Positions 1 to 13,302 of a stretch of 64,000 nt of DNA are shown here, in pieces. This DNA comes from Zancudomyces culisetae HAW-14-8. Lineage: Eukaryota; Fungi; Kickxellomycota. Location of the stretch: the NCBI GenBank assembly GCA_052426225.1, contig JBNJNM010000011.1:3038001-3102000 (forward strand). The letters are read 5' to 3'. Below the pieces are notes generated by a model that was given only the letters and a program-made list of their open reading frames with translations, did not search any database and had not been told where the DNA came from. Each line of letters begins with the position of its first letter. Positions within the stretch are counted from its first letter, which is position 1. A program made the position numbers and the translations under genes.

Positions 1-966
1 AAAATAGAGATAATGTAATGATAATATCTGTTGATTGTGTACCAAACAAACAATCTCGATTCAACTTGAATGATATGAGTATGGTATGTAATCCATTCCG
101 AAATACAACTTATATACGATGACAACAAAAAAAATTTATGCAAGTAAGAGTCAATACAACGGGAGCAATGCAATGTACAAAACAGTTTTTACGTGGAGAA
201 ACTCAAGTGCGACGTATATTGTACATAGTTTTTATTTTTTAAAAAGTTTATTCAGTAGTAGAGAATTCAAGTGTGAAAAAAGGAAACAAAAGAGGGAAAA
301 ATCACTACACTAAATATCAAAAATAACCAGGTTCGACATTCTATTATCATGAATCAGAAAATATTGTTTAGTATATATCTTTTTTTACCCGTAAAAGTAA
401 GAGAAAAAGTATTTATTTTCGTCAGAAAGAATTTGATTCTATTAGGCAATAATAATATGTTTCTTCCGCATATATACCACACAATGGTATAATCGGAACA
501 GGTCTGAATATGATGTTCATCATTTGTAGTGAAATTAATCTTCCATATCAACTAGCACTCTCTATCTTTTACTTGTTGACAAAGAGGCAGTGAAAGGAAA
601 CTTAAAAAAAAAAGATATAGCAATAATTGCATTACTTACACCTTAGCGAGCACTAGAGAACCGAGTCTTAACAGAGTAATTTTTCTTGCATATTCATACT
701 TGACACTGACTTTATTTCTGATACTTAAAAAGGAAAAGTTTTAATCGCTACGACTTTGCCTTTTAAATAAATCGAAAAAATATTTAATAAAAAATTTTCT
801 AAACTAAAAAAATTTTTTTTTCATTCTCCCTTTTCCTCTTCATCCCCCCCCCTCTCTTCCCCACTTTTCCTTTCCTCTCCTCCTCTCACACAATTTTTAT
901 CCTTTTTTTACTTTTTATTTAATTTTTTTTTTTTACAAATAACAAACAGTTATGTCAGTATAATTA

Positions 967-2708
967 TTATTTAGTGGTTGGAAACATATCGTCCAATGAT
1001 ATAAGCGATTTATGTTTTACCCACAAATTGTTGGACTCCGATGCAAGTTGGTGTCCATCATCATCCAATAGTGACCTGCCTACAGTAGCGCTCATGGAAG
1101 TGTTTCTAGTTCCAACATCAACACCAACATTAACACCAACACCAAGTCCAGTATCGATGTTGGTATTAGAATTGACATTGGCATTGACATTACCATGAGT
1201 ATTGGTTGTTGCTGCTGTTATTGGAATTGATTGAAAATCACCCCAATCATCCTCATCATTATTCTTTTGTACACACCCAGTCGTATCTTCAGTTTTAGAT
1301 TTGCTATTTCCCAAACTTTCCCAAGGATCTTCATCTAACAAGGTGTTTTTAATGTTTTTTTGGGGGCTTTTATATACGCTTGGGTTGGTACTAGTGTTGC
1401 TATTACTATTAGCTGTATCATCAAAGAGCAGCAAGTCATCAACTGGGCTCGTACCCGTGGATTGCGGTTCTGTCTCTGGTTCATATCGCTCTGGCTGTTT
1501 GCCATTATTATATGTATTCCTGTGTATACTACTGATCTTACTACTGGCCGTATGTGTTTCAAATCTATTAGTATCGCTGGTATGTTCATAACTTGTCGTT
1601 CTGGCATTTGTTTTTGGAATTGAACCTTTGATATTATAGCCACCACTACTTCGACTGCCACCACCACTGCCGCCATTACTATTGCTAGTATTACTACCGA
1701 TACCACTACCAAATCCACTCGAAAGCGACTCTGAACCAACACCCTTGTATTTATTACGGTTCTCAATTGCCTTCTTGCGTTCCTCTTGTAAAAGCGGGTT
1801 GTTGGCCAACAAATCAACAATTTGTTTAGACAACACCCTTACTATTTACCAGACATGAGAAGATAATATATAAAATGTTTTAAACTTGCTAATATGTTAA
1901 ATAGAAAAAGAGTTTTTATTAAATAAAAAAAAGATAATAAAACGAACAGAGAAAGACGTACCATTAACACCTCTATCGGTTTCATTTTCTTCTAAAAATT
2001 GAAAAGAACCTAGCTGTCGTAATGCACTCTGTTTTTGTTGTATTAGATCTACGCAAATATCCGATCCATTTTTGATAATATACTCCAATAGCTGTAGAGC
2101 CTAAAAAATTTGTTTATATATTTATATGTATATATTCAATTACTCGATAATGATGCTTTTTGGATTGTAAAATCATACCAAGGTTGGTATAAGTATATAA
2201 CCATAGAATTAAGAATAAGTAAAGAAAAATAAACATACTTTGTAGATTTGTCGCCACTTGCTGGGTTCAAAATTAAACTTTGTAAATAAAAAGTCGACAA
2301 CTTGTTGGGCCTGCTCGCTGTTACAGATATCAATTCAAAATGTTAAAGAGTGTGACGAGAGTATAAAAAGAAAAAAAGTATTTTCTTACCGTTGAAAAGT
2401 AAATCCCGAAATTTCCAGCATAAGGGTTCTACTAGCACCCCATTTTTCAGAATTGGTAGCCTGGTTGATTTTAATTTCAATATCCGAGTAATTATACACG
2501 ACATTTTTCCTATTTTTTGTTTCAAGATGTAATTCATTCTTGTTATAATAAAAAAAATAAAAAGTAAATAACTAGATATGTAGATAGGGTAGGAATAGAA
2601 CTAGAAGCATAACTAAAAGTAGGGCTAGAAGAGTAGAGGAGAAGATAGGGATTACATTTTATCAATGAGGTTTTTCATGTCCCAAACCGAAACCTGCGAA
2701 AAATTCAT
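967..2708 (-). CDS. ENT3: ENTH-domain epsin-related clathrin adaptor (Ent3/epsinR-like), 5 exons
   Basis: Manual splicing with GT-AG introns gives MNFSQVSVWDMKNLIDK|MKNVVYNYSDIEIKINQATNSEKWGASRTLMLEISGFTFQ|REQAQQVVDFLFTKFNFEPSKWRQIYK|ALQLLEYIIKNGSD...DRGVN|VRVLSKQIVDLL. This is a classic ENTH domain. The disordered tail has DDLLLFD, DDWGDF and LISLDD adaptor/clathrin-type motifs. Confidence 0.88.
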
Positions 2709-3175
2709 TTTACTATATTTTCTTTTGCTATCGGACTCTTCCCCCGTTCGTAATATATTGTTTTCTTATCCCCTTTATTAGATGGCTAGGGTTGTTTAGC
2801 AAATGTAAATGTAAAAATTCAATGTCAATGAAGGCAAATTGCGAGTTGTTATTTTATTTTCAAGGGTTTGGTTTATACAGTTGCAAAGAAATACAAAATT
2901 AATATATCTGGACCAATGTGAGTGCCGCAAAAAACAAATTAAAGCACAATCTTTATCGTTTATTACAATTGTTTGTAGTAAAGGTAATATTAGAAAATTA
3001 AAACTATGAACAAGAGGCTCTAGAATAATCAAGAGTGTTAACCGCCCCCCCACCCCCACCCCCAGCCCTCGACTCTTGGTTGTATTTCTGGATATTTTTA
3101 TAACAGTAATTATTTATATTTATGATGAAATACTTGTGCAAAAGAGAAAAAAATGGAATTAGATAAAATGGAAAA

Positions 3176-5251
3176 TTATAAAGAAAGAGAAGTAAACAGG
3201 CGTTCAGCCTGTAAAACATTCAAAAACTGTTCAATTTCCAATCGACTACGAGCAGAATCTAGCCAGTCAGAAGCCAAAACCTTAGGCCATCCTTGCAACT
3301 GGTTAAGCTCACGGGCAGCAGCATCCAAATTGTTGGACAACAAGCAGTAACGGGTTCTGGCAAGAACAGCTTCAGTGTCAGTGCCTTCAACAAGGCCGTG
3401 TTTTGTGGCCATGAAGCGGGACAGAGTTGAGGAAACCAAATAATTGAAGAATGAAGATTGTTGAGGAGAGCTAGAGCTGTCAGTATCTGTTCCATTGTCT
3501 TTGTTTGGTACTGGCATCAATGAAACTTTGGAAATTTGTTTGGCAAGGTAATCAAATCTATCCAGCAATTGTGGATGAGAAGGAACGTTTTCAGAAACCT
3601 TTACAGATTTAATGGCGCTTGTAGATGCAGGATAAAGATCAGGTTGCTCATTAAGAACATATGTGAGTTTGGTCAACTCATTGGTGAACGAAGATGTACC
3701 ACCAGTTACTGAAGACGACTTGGCATCGTAACGATCATTTGCACACACGGCCACAGCCAATGCGTTTGCAGCCATTTCTACACGAGCAGCTTGGCGGTTA
3801 GAATCAGCAGCATGTAGCAGTTTTTCTACGGACGATGAGAGGTCATTCAGATGTGCCTCGACTACTTGTAGTTGGGCCAATCGACCGTCACGTTCCATAT
3901 CGACCTTGTGTCTCACCACACCATCAAACTTGGCAGTCATTTGTTGCTTAACTTGTTCAACCAGTTGCAAAGCAGATGCTTCATCGAGTTGTTTTTGTCG
4001 TTCTACAGCGAGTAACAGGTCGTTTCCAGCTGATTCTAGTAGTTGTGCGCGTTGTATTTCAAATTCTCGTAGTAACAATTCGATTGCTTGTAAGTGTGCC
4101 TCGTTCTGTTTGCTTAGTTCGGATTTAACTAGTGCATCTGTTTCTATTCTGATTTCGTAGAATCGTTTGTCAACCGCCTTGAACGCATCGCTTAGGTCGC
4201 GCAGTTCTGCAAGAGTGCTGCGTGATATGTCGTGGTGGTTCAGGATTTCGATCACCCGACTGAGCTGGACTGATAGCTCGGTGATTTTGGGCTCAACCGA
4301 TTCAAATACTGGGAATTCGATCTCCACCTTGATTGATTCTACAGGATTAGATGCAACTCCTGTCTTGATTTGCTCTTTTTGTTGAGGTACTGGTTTTTGG
4401 GAGTGTATTTCCTTTGGTCTTTGTTCAAAATCCCAATTACCCGTCTTTATGGCATGTACCATAAACTTGAGATTTTCTAGGATAAAATCTGCTACATACT
4501 TGGCATCCTTTGTATATTCAACATCTTTTAGTACGTTTAACAAACTTCCATTATGTGTTTCCAAAGTTTCCATATATTCTTTGGTAAATGGCAAAGAATT
4601 GAAAATCGATTTAATTTGCTGGTAGTTTGGATCTTCTTGTGCAGCCGAATTTTTGTTTTTAATATCCTGGTTCACTATATAGTATCCTCCTGCAACCAAC
4701 AAAACTCCATATAGCATGGTAAGGCGTGTAAGCAATTTTGTTTTGCGCCATTTTTTCTTTGGTTTGGTAGCTGTCGTTTTAGGAGGATTGGAAGAGGAAG
4801 AAGAAGAAGAAGCGGATGGAGTGGGTGAACCTGGAGTTTCGGTACCCTTTTTAACATCGGCCGTTGTGGCTGTGGTAAATCCTGCTCCCTGTTTACTGGA
4901 AAGTACCAAGTTTTGTGTAGATTTCGTTATAAGAGCATTGTTCCGATTGTTCAGGGTAGCTAGTGTTCTTTGAACAAGCAATCGCTGATTATTTGGATTG
5001 ATCTAGTTGATATACATACATAAATACATGTCAGGATTACCTCTATATTTTTTTTTAGCTTGCTGAAGTAAAAAAATACATTTAAAAGTGAAATGAGGAT
5101 ATATTGTAAATATCTAAATATTAAAAATAATAAGAAGGAAGGGGAGGGGGAAGGGGAGGGATAAGATTTGGTATTTATGAAATCTGAAAATAAAAATTAT
5201 TTTTTAAAGTACCTTGGTTCCTAGTATCCGGGTAGCTGCAAGTTTATACAT
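3176..5251 (-). CDS. MIC60: MICOS complex subunit Mic60 (mitofilin), 2 exons (5251-5213, 5002-3176)
   Basis: Basic presequence MYKLAATRILGTK splices in frame. One TM segment, a long coiled coil, and a C-terminal mitofilin motif (DTEAVLARTRYCL...NLDAAARELNQLQGWPKVLASDWLDSARSRLEIEQ). Confidence 0.93.
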
Positions 5252-5793
5252 TTTGCATTAAATTATTCTTGAAAAAAAAAATATAATATATATAATGTAT
5301 ATATGTATAAAGGAATACTTGGTAAAGTGTGAGGAAGTGGCGGCGAAGGTTGTGTTTTTGATAAATGTATCTGGTTTAGTTATTGATACATTAATTACCC
5401 TGCTTTTTCACTAAATTTTTATTTTTGATAAAAAAAAATTGCAGTTTTGTTTATGCTTCAATTTTTTTTATCCGACTTGCAAAAAAAAAAAAAAACCAGA
5501 TTTGAAATGGTTAATAGCAAAAAACAAAACATAACGAAACAAAAAACAAAGTAGCAAAATAAATAAAGTGAGGAATAGAGGCCGGTAGCTGGTAGAGTAT
5601 ATAGCTGAATGTATAAAAATATGAACATTCTGACATTGCAAATCGTCAAAAGAGTTTGAACAACAAGAAAAACAAAAGGCAAATGTATATAGCAGAATAG
5701 AATCCTCTAGATTTATTTTTTCAAGAATGATTAGCAAGATAAACTAATGCTGAATAAATAAAAAGAAAAGAGCGGAAAAAAAAAGTAAAAAAT

Positions 5794-7638
5794 TTATTTG
5801 TACAAGGAATGGAAGGCCTTTTCAGCGGTACGCTTCAATTTTCTGTGGGCAGCAGAGACTTGTTCCTTGGATGGAGGAGTGGAGATGGACAAGAACTCAA
5901 CAGCTTCAGCCAAGGCGTTTTCAAGAGCCTCCTTGTCAGCGCGCTTGAGACGGGTCTCAATCTTGATGTCAGACATGCTGCTCTCGATCTGGTTGACGTA
6001 GTGTTCAAGCTCTTGGGTGGCATGGACAGCTTCGGCACGCTTGTCATCAGCATCCTTGAATTTCTGGGCCTCATTGACCATTCTGTCGATATCAGCAGCG
6101 CTGAGGTGACCAACAGATTGGGAAATGGTGATGTTTGCGGAGCGGCCTGAAACCTTGTCTTGGGCAGTTACCTTGAGGATACCGTTGGCATCAATATCGA
6201 AGGTGCAGATGAGTTCTGGAATACCCTTTGGTGCTGGGGCAATTCCGTTGAGCTCAAAGTTTCCGAGCAAGTTGTTGTCGGCGGTCATTTGACGTTCACC
6301 TTCGTAGATTGGGAAGAGAACAGTGGTTTGGTTATCGTCAACAGTGGTGAAGGTACGGGTTTGAACTGTTGGGATGACTGTGTTACGTGGAACAACAACG
6401 GCCATCAATCCTCCCTTCATCTCAACTCCCAATGACAATGGTGCTACATCAAGCAAAACCAAGTCTTGGGTCTTGGAGGCATCAGAGGTGTTGGTCAATA
6501 CAGCTCCTTGAACTGCAGCTCCGACGGCAACGGCTTCATCAGGGTTGATTCCCTTGTTGAGCTCCTTTCCGTCAAAGAAAGTTTCCAACATGCTTTGGAT
6601 CTTGGGGATACGTGTGGATCCTCCTACCAATACAACTTCGTCAACTTGATCCTTGGCCATCTTGGCATCCTTCAATACAGTCTTGACTGGCTCCAAGGTG
6701 TTTTCAAAGTATTTGGTGTTGAGTTCCTCAAACTTGGCTCTTGTAATGCTGGCTTGGAAGTCCTTTCCGTTGAACAAGGAGTCGACTTCAACGGTGGTAC
6801 GTGTCAATGATGACAAGGTACGCTTAGCACGCTCACAGGCTGTGCGCAATCTGCGCATGGCTCTGGCATCACCACTGATGTCTTCGTTGTGCTTGCGCTT
6901 GAATTCAGCCTTGAAGTGTTCAACCAATGTGTTGTCAAAGTCTTCTCCTCCCAAGTGAGTATCTCCAGCAGTTGCTCTGACTGTGAATACTCCTCCTGCA
7001 ATGGTCATCAAACTTACATCGAATGTTCCACCTCCCAAATCGAAGATCAATACATTCTTCTCCTTGGCGTCCTTCTTGTCCAATCCGTATGCAATAGCTG
7101 CGGCTGTTGGTTCGTTGATGATACGTAGCACTTCCAATCCGGCAATAACTCCGGCATCCTTGGTTGCGTTTCTTTGTGCGTCGTTGAAGTATGCTGGTAC
7201 TGTAATGACAACCTTCTTGACTGTCTTACCCAACTTGGCCTCGGCGACTTCCTTCATCTTGGTCAATACCATGGATGAGATTTCTTGTGGTGTGAATTGT
7301 TTGGTCTCACCCTCAACTTGAACCTCAACCATTGGCTGTGAGTCCTTCTCAACGAGCTTGAATGGCCAGTGTTCCTTATCAGCCTTGACGTGTGGATCGT
7401 CGTAGCGTCTTCCGATCAATCTCTTTGCGTCAAAGACGGTGTTTGCTGGGTTCATGGCGGACTGGTTCTTGGCGGCATCTCCAACCAATCTTTCTGAGTC
7501 TGTGAATGCAACATATGATGGAGTGGTACGGTTTCCTTGCTCGTTGGCAATGATTTCTACTCTCTCACCTTCCCATACAGCAACACAAGAGTATGTTGTT
7601 CCAAGATCAATTCCAATAGCTCCCTGATATTCTTCCAT
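5794..7638 (-). CDS. SSB1: Ribosome-associated Hsp70 (Ssb type), intronless
   Basis: Hsp70 signatures GIDLGTTYS and [12 protein letters not shown]. 614 aa with no C-terminal EEVD; N-terminal [10 protein letters not shown] and basic helical C-terminus are typical of Ssb. Strongly biased codon usage. Confidence 0.92.
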   Translation of the reverse strand: MEEYQGAIGIDLGTTYSCVAVWEGERVEIIANEQGNRTTPSYVAFTDSERLVGDAAKNQSAMNPANTVFDAKRLIGRRYDDPHVKADKEHWPFKLVEKDSQPMVEVQVEGETKQFTPQEISSMVLTKMKEVAEAKLGKTVKKVVITVPAYFNDAQRNATKDAGVIAGLEVLRIINEPTAAAIAYGLDKKDAKEKNVLIFDLGGGTFDVSLMTIAGGVFTVRATAGDTHLGGEDFDNTLVEHFKAEFKRKHNEDISGDARAMRRLRTACERAKRTLSSLTRTTVEVDSLFNGKDFQASITRAKFEELNTKYFENTLEPVKTVLKDAKMAKDQVDEVVLVGGSTRIPKIQSMLETFFDGKELNKGINPDEAVAVGAAVQGAVLTNTSDASKTQDLVLLDVAPLSLGVEMKGGLMAVVVPRNTVIPTVQTRTFTTVDDNQTTVLFPIYEGERQMTADNNLLGNFELNGIAPAPKGIPELICTFDIDANGILKVTAQDKVSGRSANITISQSVGHLSAADIDRMVNEAQKFKDADDKRAEAVHATQELEHYVNQIESSMSDIKIETRLKRADKEALENALAEAVEFLSISTPPSKEQVSAAHRKLKRTAEKAFHSLYK

Positions 7639-8980
7639 TTTTCTTTATCTCTTATTCTTGTCTAGCGTTAGCTGCTATAGGTATGTACAAAACGTTTTTT
7701 TTTTTTTGAATGTTCGCAACTGATCTAATAAATAAAGAAACTTTATACCCTCCCTTTTTTATTTTAAAATTTTTTTCATTGCAAAAAAAAAAAAATAAAA
7801 AAAAATTTTTTTTTTAATGTAATAGAGACTGGATGGATATGAAAAAAATTACTAAATGGGTGGATAATAATAATGATGGGACAATCAACGTAAAAAAAAA
7901 ATTTTTTTTTCCAATCTTGTATTGTTGCTTCTTTTTTTCATGTTTATTTTTTTTACTTGTTACCTATGAGAATATAGAGGCTCAAGAAAAGAAAAAATAA
8001 AAATCAAATTTCGGGATATTATACATCTTCATTTAGTGTATACTACTAGAATATTACGATTTGTTTTTGTTTTTTTTTTTCATCTTTACAAATGTATCTT
8101 GTAAATTACCAAAACTTATAAAAAAATTTTTTATATTCAAAATTAATTTCAATCATGGCCCTTTTTCAAACTTACCCTACATTAAATTACCTTACCCTCC
8201 CCTTTCTATTTTTCATTGCCTCCCCTCCCTTCCCTCCCTCATCCCCACGTTTTTAGTATTTTAAATATTTTGTATCTGGAATTATTATGTAACTACAAGT
8301 AAAAAAGTAAAAAAAAATTTTTTTTTTCCTTGCAAATTTCATTTCACATCATTTACGATAAGGTAAATCACAATTTTCAGCTGCAAATAGAAAACGTAAA
8401 AGCTTTTAATGGCACAGAATTTAGCACTATCCAACAATCAACTAGTTGTATTCGGATAGTCTATTTGCATATAATACCAAGCTTTGTATTAAGCTACAAG
8501 GTGTATTATTTTTAATTCGTTTATTTGTTAGTGTTTGTGGAGAAAGTTTAGGTAAAGAGAGTTATTCTTTAAGCTGTAACTATAACTATAGCTTTTTTAA
8601 AGTCATGAATTGGTGTTATCCTACGAGGTTATTAAAATACCCATGTTAATCACATATGCAAGATTTTCCAAGCCTTTATATACTTATTTTTCCAGTTTGT
8701 AGATAATCCGCTTATAAAAAAAAATGATATATATATACATTTATACAAGTAAAAAGTATAAATAACGTGAACAACAAATCAACTATTTAAATTTTGTAAA
8801 TATATTAAAAGGATGTTGTATATAATATAAAAGCCTCAAACAACTTTGTTTTATATATACTATTATTTTAGTTGGGAAATATGGTTATTTTCAAATTTTT
8901 TATTTCCATGTGTATAAATAAGAGAACAAAGTTGAATGAACAGTGAGCTGTGTTTATAGCTTGTTTCGAGTAATTATTTT

Positions 8981-9034
8981 GTATGTGGATGTGTATGTGG
9001 ATGTGTATGTGGATGTGGATGTGTATGTGGATGT
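8981..9034. repeat. GTATGTGGATGT-type microsatellite
   Basis: Direct reading: gtatgtggatgt repeated about 4.5 times. Confidence 0.8.
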
Positions 9035-9701
9035 TGTTGCGTTTGTGTCTTTAATGAAATAGAGACGACTCTAAGTGTATATCGGTGGTACAAACATTAC
9101 TAAACATCTTTTGATCCTTCTTTATTTGGGATAACGAGTTGTTCGTTTTTTTGTTGTTGTTGTTGTTGTTAGAGATCAAGTAGTTGATATATCATTTTGA
9201 ATCATTTAAAAAATTTTTTTTAATTCCACGTTTGTTATACCAACTATATTAAATTTGCTTTGTAAATGATATTTGAATACATGTAAACAAACATAAACAA
9301 AAAACAAAAAACAAAAAATATAAAATAAAAAGAAAACAAAGAAAATTAACAAAAATCAAAAAAATAAAAATCAAATAAAAATAAAGAGACTAGCTTTGTT
9401 TGAATATACCAACTTTTTATTTTGACTTTTGTATATGTTTAATGTTTTCAATATAGAGGTATCTTTAGTAACCAAATAGATTTTATAATTCATGATAATC
9501 AAACAAGAACAAATATAATTAGAATAAAGCTATACAAAAATAATAATAATAAAAATAAAAAAATTTTTTTTTTTATTTCAAGATTTAATAAACAGTAAAA
9601 AAGCAACAAAGAGAAAAAAAAATAGGACAAAGAAAAAAAAAAGTGTATAAGAGTCAGAAAGGAAGAGAGATAGAGAGAGTAAAGATAAGTGAGTGTTAGA
9701 A

Positions 9702-12700
9702 ATGAAAAAAATAGAATTGAAACAAGTGGGTAGTCGCGGAGTCGGTTCCAAAGGAGTAGCAAGAGATAGTTATTCACGTAGATATGGAGGGGACCAAAGT
9801 CAAAGAGGAACGAATAAAGATGAAGATTTACATACTGAAGAGAAAACAAGTCTGTTTGCAAATTTTTTCGAGAAAAATAAGAGTCGAACAAAAGTAGAAG
9901 GAGAAGGAGGAGAGGGAGGTAATGGCGTGGAGGAGATAATGATGGGCAAGTACAAGACGAAAAGCCAGGGACGAGAGAGGCGGGTGGTAGAATTTGAGGA
10001 ATTTGAAGATTCGGGAAAAGATGCACAGGTGGAAGAGATATTTGAACGAGTATATAAAACAACACGACAGAGCCAAAAAGAAAAGATACTAAAAGAAGAA
10101 CGAGAAAGTAAAGAAAAAAGGAGAGAAGGAAAAGAAGAGATGGGACCGCTAATACCATTGGAAAAGATGGATGGGGTTACACAGCGAATGTATTTGTTGG
10201 TGGTAACGGTAGGATTGTTGGCGATTGAAATAGCGGAATGGATGTATAGAAAACGGATACCAAGAGAGGAAGGGGAAGGGGAAGGAGCAGGGATGGGGAT
10301 AGGGATAGGGCTGGGAGGAGAAAGCGAGTATGGGGGGTGGGGAGAGGTAGGGAGGCTTGAAAGGATGGAGTATGAACGACGAAATATGACGATGTTTTTG
10401 CGATGGACAGCGATATATGGGGTATATGTATATGTTATATACAAGTTGAGGATTCCACGGGTAAAATTGAGTGTGATGCGAGGAGTGGTAATATTTGTGG
10501 TACTAGTGGTTTTGAACATGAATTTGTTTGTGTTTGAACAGAATATGGCGACAAGTTTGGTGAGAACAGGAGTAAGCATGGGGATGACAGGAATCGGAAA
10601 AATGATGTGGTCGATTCCGGTGGTGGGTAAATGGGTGTTGCAAGATACAAGTTTACTGACGGAGGTGTATAAAGAGGATGAGGAGTATATATTGGGAAGA
10701 CATGTGGTAAGGTTTTTGGAGCAAAGTTATGCACAGATGAATGTGGGAGGAGAGGTGTATTGTTTGGAAATACAAGGAGGCGATGAGGTGAAGGTAGAAG
10801 CAAAGGTAAAAGTAGAAGGTGAAGGAGAAGGAGAAGGAGAAGAAGAAAAAGGAAGTGAAAGTAAAAGTAAAAGTGAAATTGAAAAGAGTAAAATAGGAAA
10901 TGGAATAGGGTATAAAGTGCAGCAGTGGATAAAGAAAAAGGTATGGTTTGAAGGAGGGATATTATTGGAGCAAAAAGAGAGAATAGTGCAGATTCCGATA
11001 GTAATGAATGGAACAGAAGGGTACAGGATAGGATATGTGTATCAAGATTTTACAGGAACGAGGCAGGAGCAAGTGGTTGAGAGGATAGATAAGCGGAGAC
11101 AAAAGATAATAGAGCGATATGGAAGAGGAGGGGAGATGACATTGACACAGTATAATTTACAAGTTCGAGAGATAGGAGTGTATAGATTATTGTGGGTAGA
11201 AGATAGAGAGGGGAAAAGATTTCAACTTGAAACACAAGTTGAGGATGAAAAAGAAGGAGGCGAAGTGGAGAAATTAGGATTAGAATTAGGATTAGAATCA
11301 GGATCAGGATTAGGACTAGGATTGGGATTAGGATTGGGAGGTATTAGAGATATGGCAGTGGTAGTTGAATGTCCTAAGAGTAGATTAGTATGGGAAGAAA
11401 GGAACAAGAAAAAAGATGATATTATATGGGAAGGAAAGAATGGGCTTGAAATGTGTGCACGAGAGATAGAGATAGAAGAGGAAGAAGAAAAAGATAAAGG
11501 AAAAGGAATGATTCAAGTGATAACACGAGGAGTAGAACCAGTAGAGTTGACAATAGTACGAAAAATGAATGGAAAGCAAAAAAGAGTAGCGATGGACGGA
11601 ATTCAACCACGAATAAGTGGAGTAAGTAAAGGAATGAACAAGATGATGCAATATGAAGCTAAAACGACAAGATATAGTGTAGCAGAACGGTTTGTAGAGG
11701 CAGGAAAGTATGAGTATCGATTAATAGAAGTTCGAGATTCATTAAATCACACAGTACGAATTGAAGGAAGAGTAGGTAAAGAAGAAGAAGAAGAAGAAGA
11801 ACAACAAGAAGAAAAAGAAAGGTTTGGTAGAGGAAGGGGAAGGGGAAGGGGAAGGGGAAGGGGAAGGGGAAGAGGGGGGAAAGTATTGAGACTTGTAGTA
11901 TGGGAACGACCAAGTGGAGGGTGGAGTGGAATAGCAGCGAATCGGGCAGTATTGAAACGATCAGATGATCCAAAACGAAATGCTCCAATTAAACTACCAG
12001 TAAAGCTTGAAGGAAAAGGACCATGGACAGTAGAATACGAGATTGAAGAAAACGAAGGAGGGAAAAAAGAGCGTAAAGAGCTACGAGTACCAGAAAATAA
12101 ACATATAAATAAAAGGAAAGCAGTTGGATATGTGGTTGGAAACAAAGCAGGGATATACAGGTTGATTAAGATTAAAGATTCACAATGTTCACAAGTAATT
12201 CGACAAGACGAAATAGTAACAATCGTAGATACCAAAGTACCACAAGTGCAAGTCAAATCATCAGCGATTACAGCCGACAACTGTGAAGGAGAAATTGGAG
12301 TCAGCATAGAACTGATGTTGACAGGCGATGCACCTTTCGACGTAGAAATGCGACAAACCCATGGCAAGAGGGTCAAGACTCAGCGACTGCATATAAAGAA
12401 CCATCGACACGTGCTGCGGCTGATTCCCGAGTATGCTGGCGACTATATATATGACTTTGTAAGCATTGCTGATGTCAACTATCCCTCTGGCGTAGCTGTT
12501 GGAAAACAAGTCAAACAGACTGTGCATCCACAGCCATCCATAGTCATTAAAGGCCACGACACAATCAAGAGCTGCGTAGGCCAAAGCGTAGATGTTGGAT
12601 TGCAGCTACTCGGCAACGGACCATGGCAACTGCAATACACTGTTGTGCATCCAGATGGTGCTGTCGTGCCAGCAACCCAGCCCATCACTACAAACGAATA

Positions 12701-13268
12701 CAACCTGAATATTGGGCCCTTTGAGACCAGCGGGAAAGTCTATGTAGAGTTTGTTGATGTCGCCGATTCCAGACGATGTCGCCGCAATTTGTATCAGCGA
12801 GTAACTATTGTCGTCCGCGAATCTGGCCCAACTGCCGAATTCGTCTGTCCTGAATCTGGCCTGCGTATTCTAGATGGCCACTCTGCCAATTTGCCTATTC
12901 GAATTGCTGTTAATGATAACCATGAACATCCCATTACCTGCAACTATCTATTCAACGATAAACTCTTGTCCTTTACTGTCTCTCCTTCCTCTCTCCCCGT
13001 TCTTTCTACCTCTTTACCTGTTAAAAATCCTGGTATCTATCGTCTACATTCTGTCGCTGATTACTGTCCTGGTTCCATCAAATCTTCTTCTTGTCACGTT
13101 ATTGTTGAACCAAAACCTGCCGTATGGTTTGATGAACCTTCTGCTCAATTACCTCCCGTCTGTCAATTCTCTCCTGTCGCTTCTGCAAACCTCCAACTGG
13201 CTGGTATTGGTCCCTGGGCTGTCGATTATCTAGTTAAACCCATTGATGATCCTCTCTCTCAACTCCCC

Positions 13269-13302
<34 letters not shown>

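Noticed and set aside
1-760. Possible minus-strand exons (splice-like signals near 635 and 390)
   Set aside because: I could not assemble a recognisable protein; it may belong to a gene or UTR extending outside the window.
11270-11345. TTAGGA/TTGGGA repeats as interstitial telomere sequence
   Set aside because: They are in-frame Leu-Gly hexamer slippage within POM152, like the other local repeats.
9499-12376. Long hydrophobic antisense ORFs opposite POM152, and similar ones opposite the LINEs, SSB and the aquaporin (63010-63654)
   Set aside because: These are shadows of strand-skewed or codon-biased sense genes and show no independent motifs.
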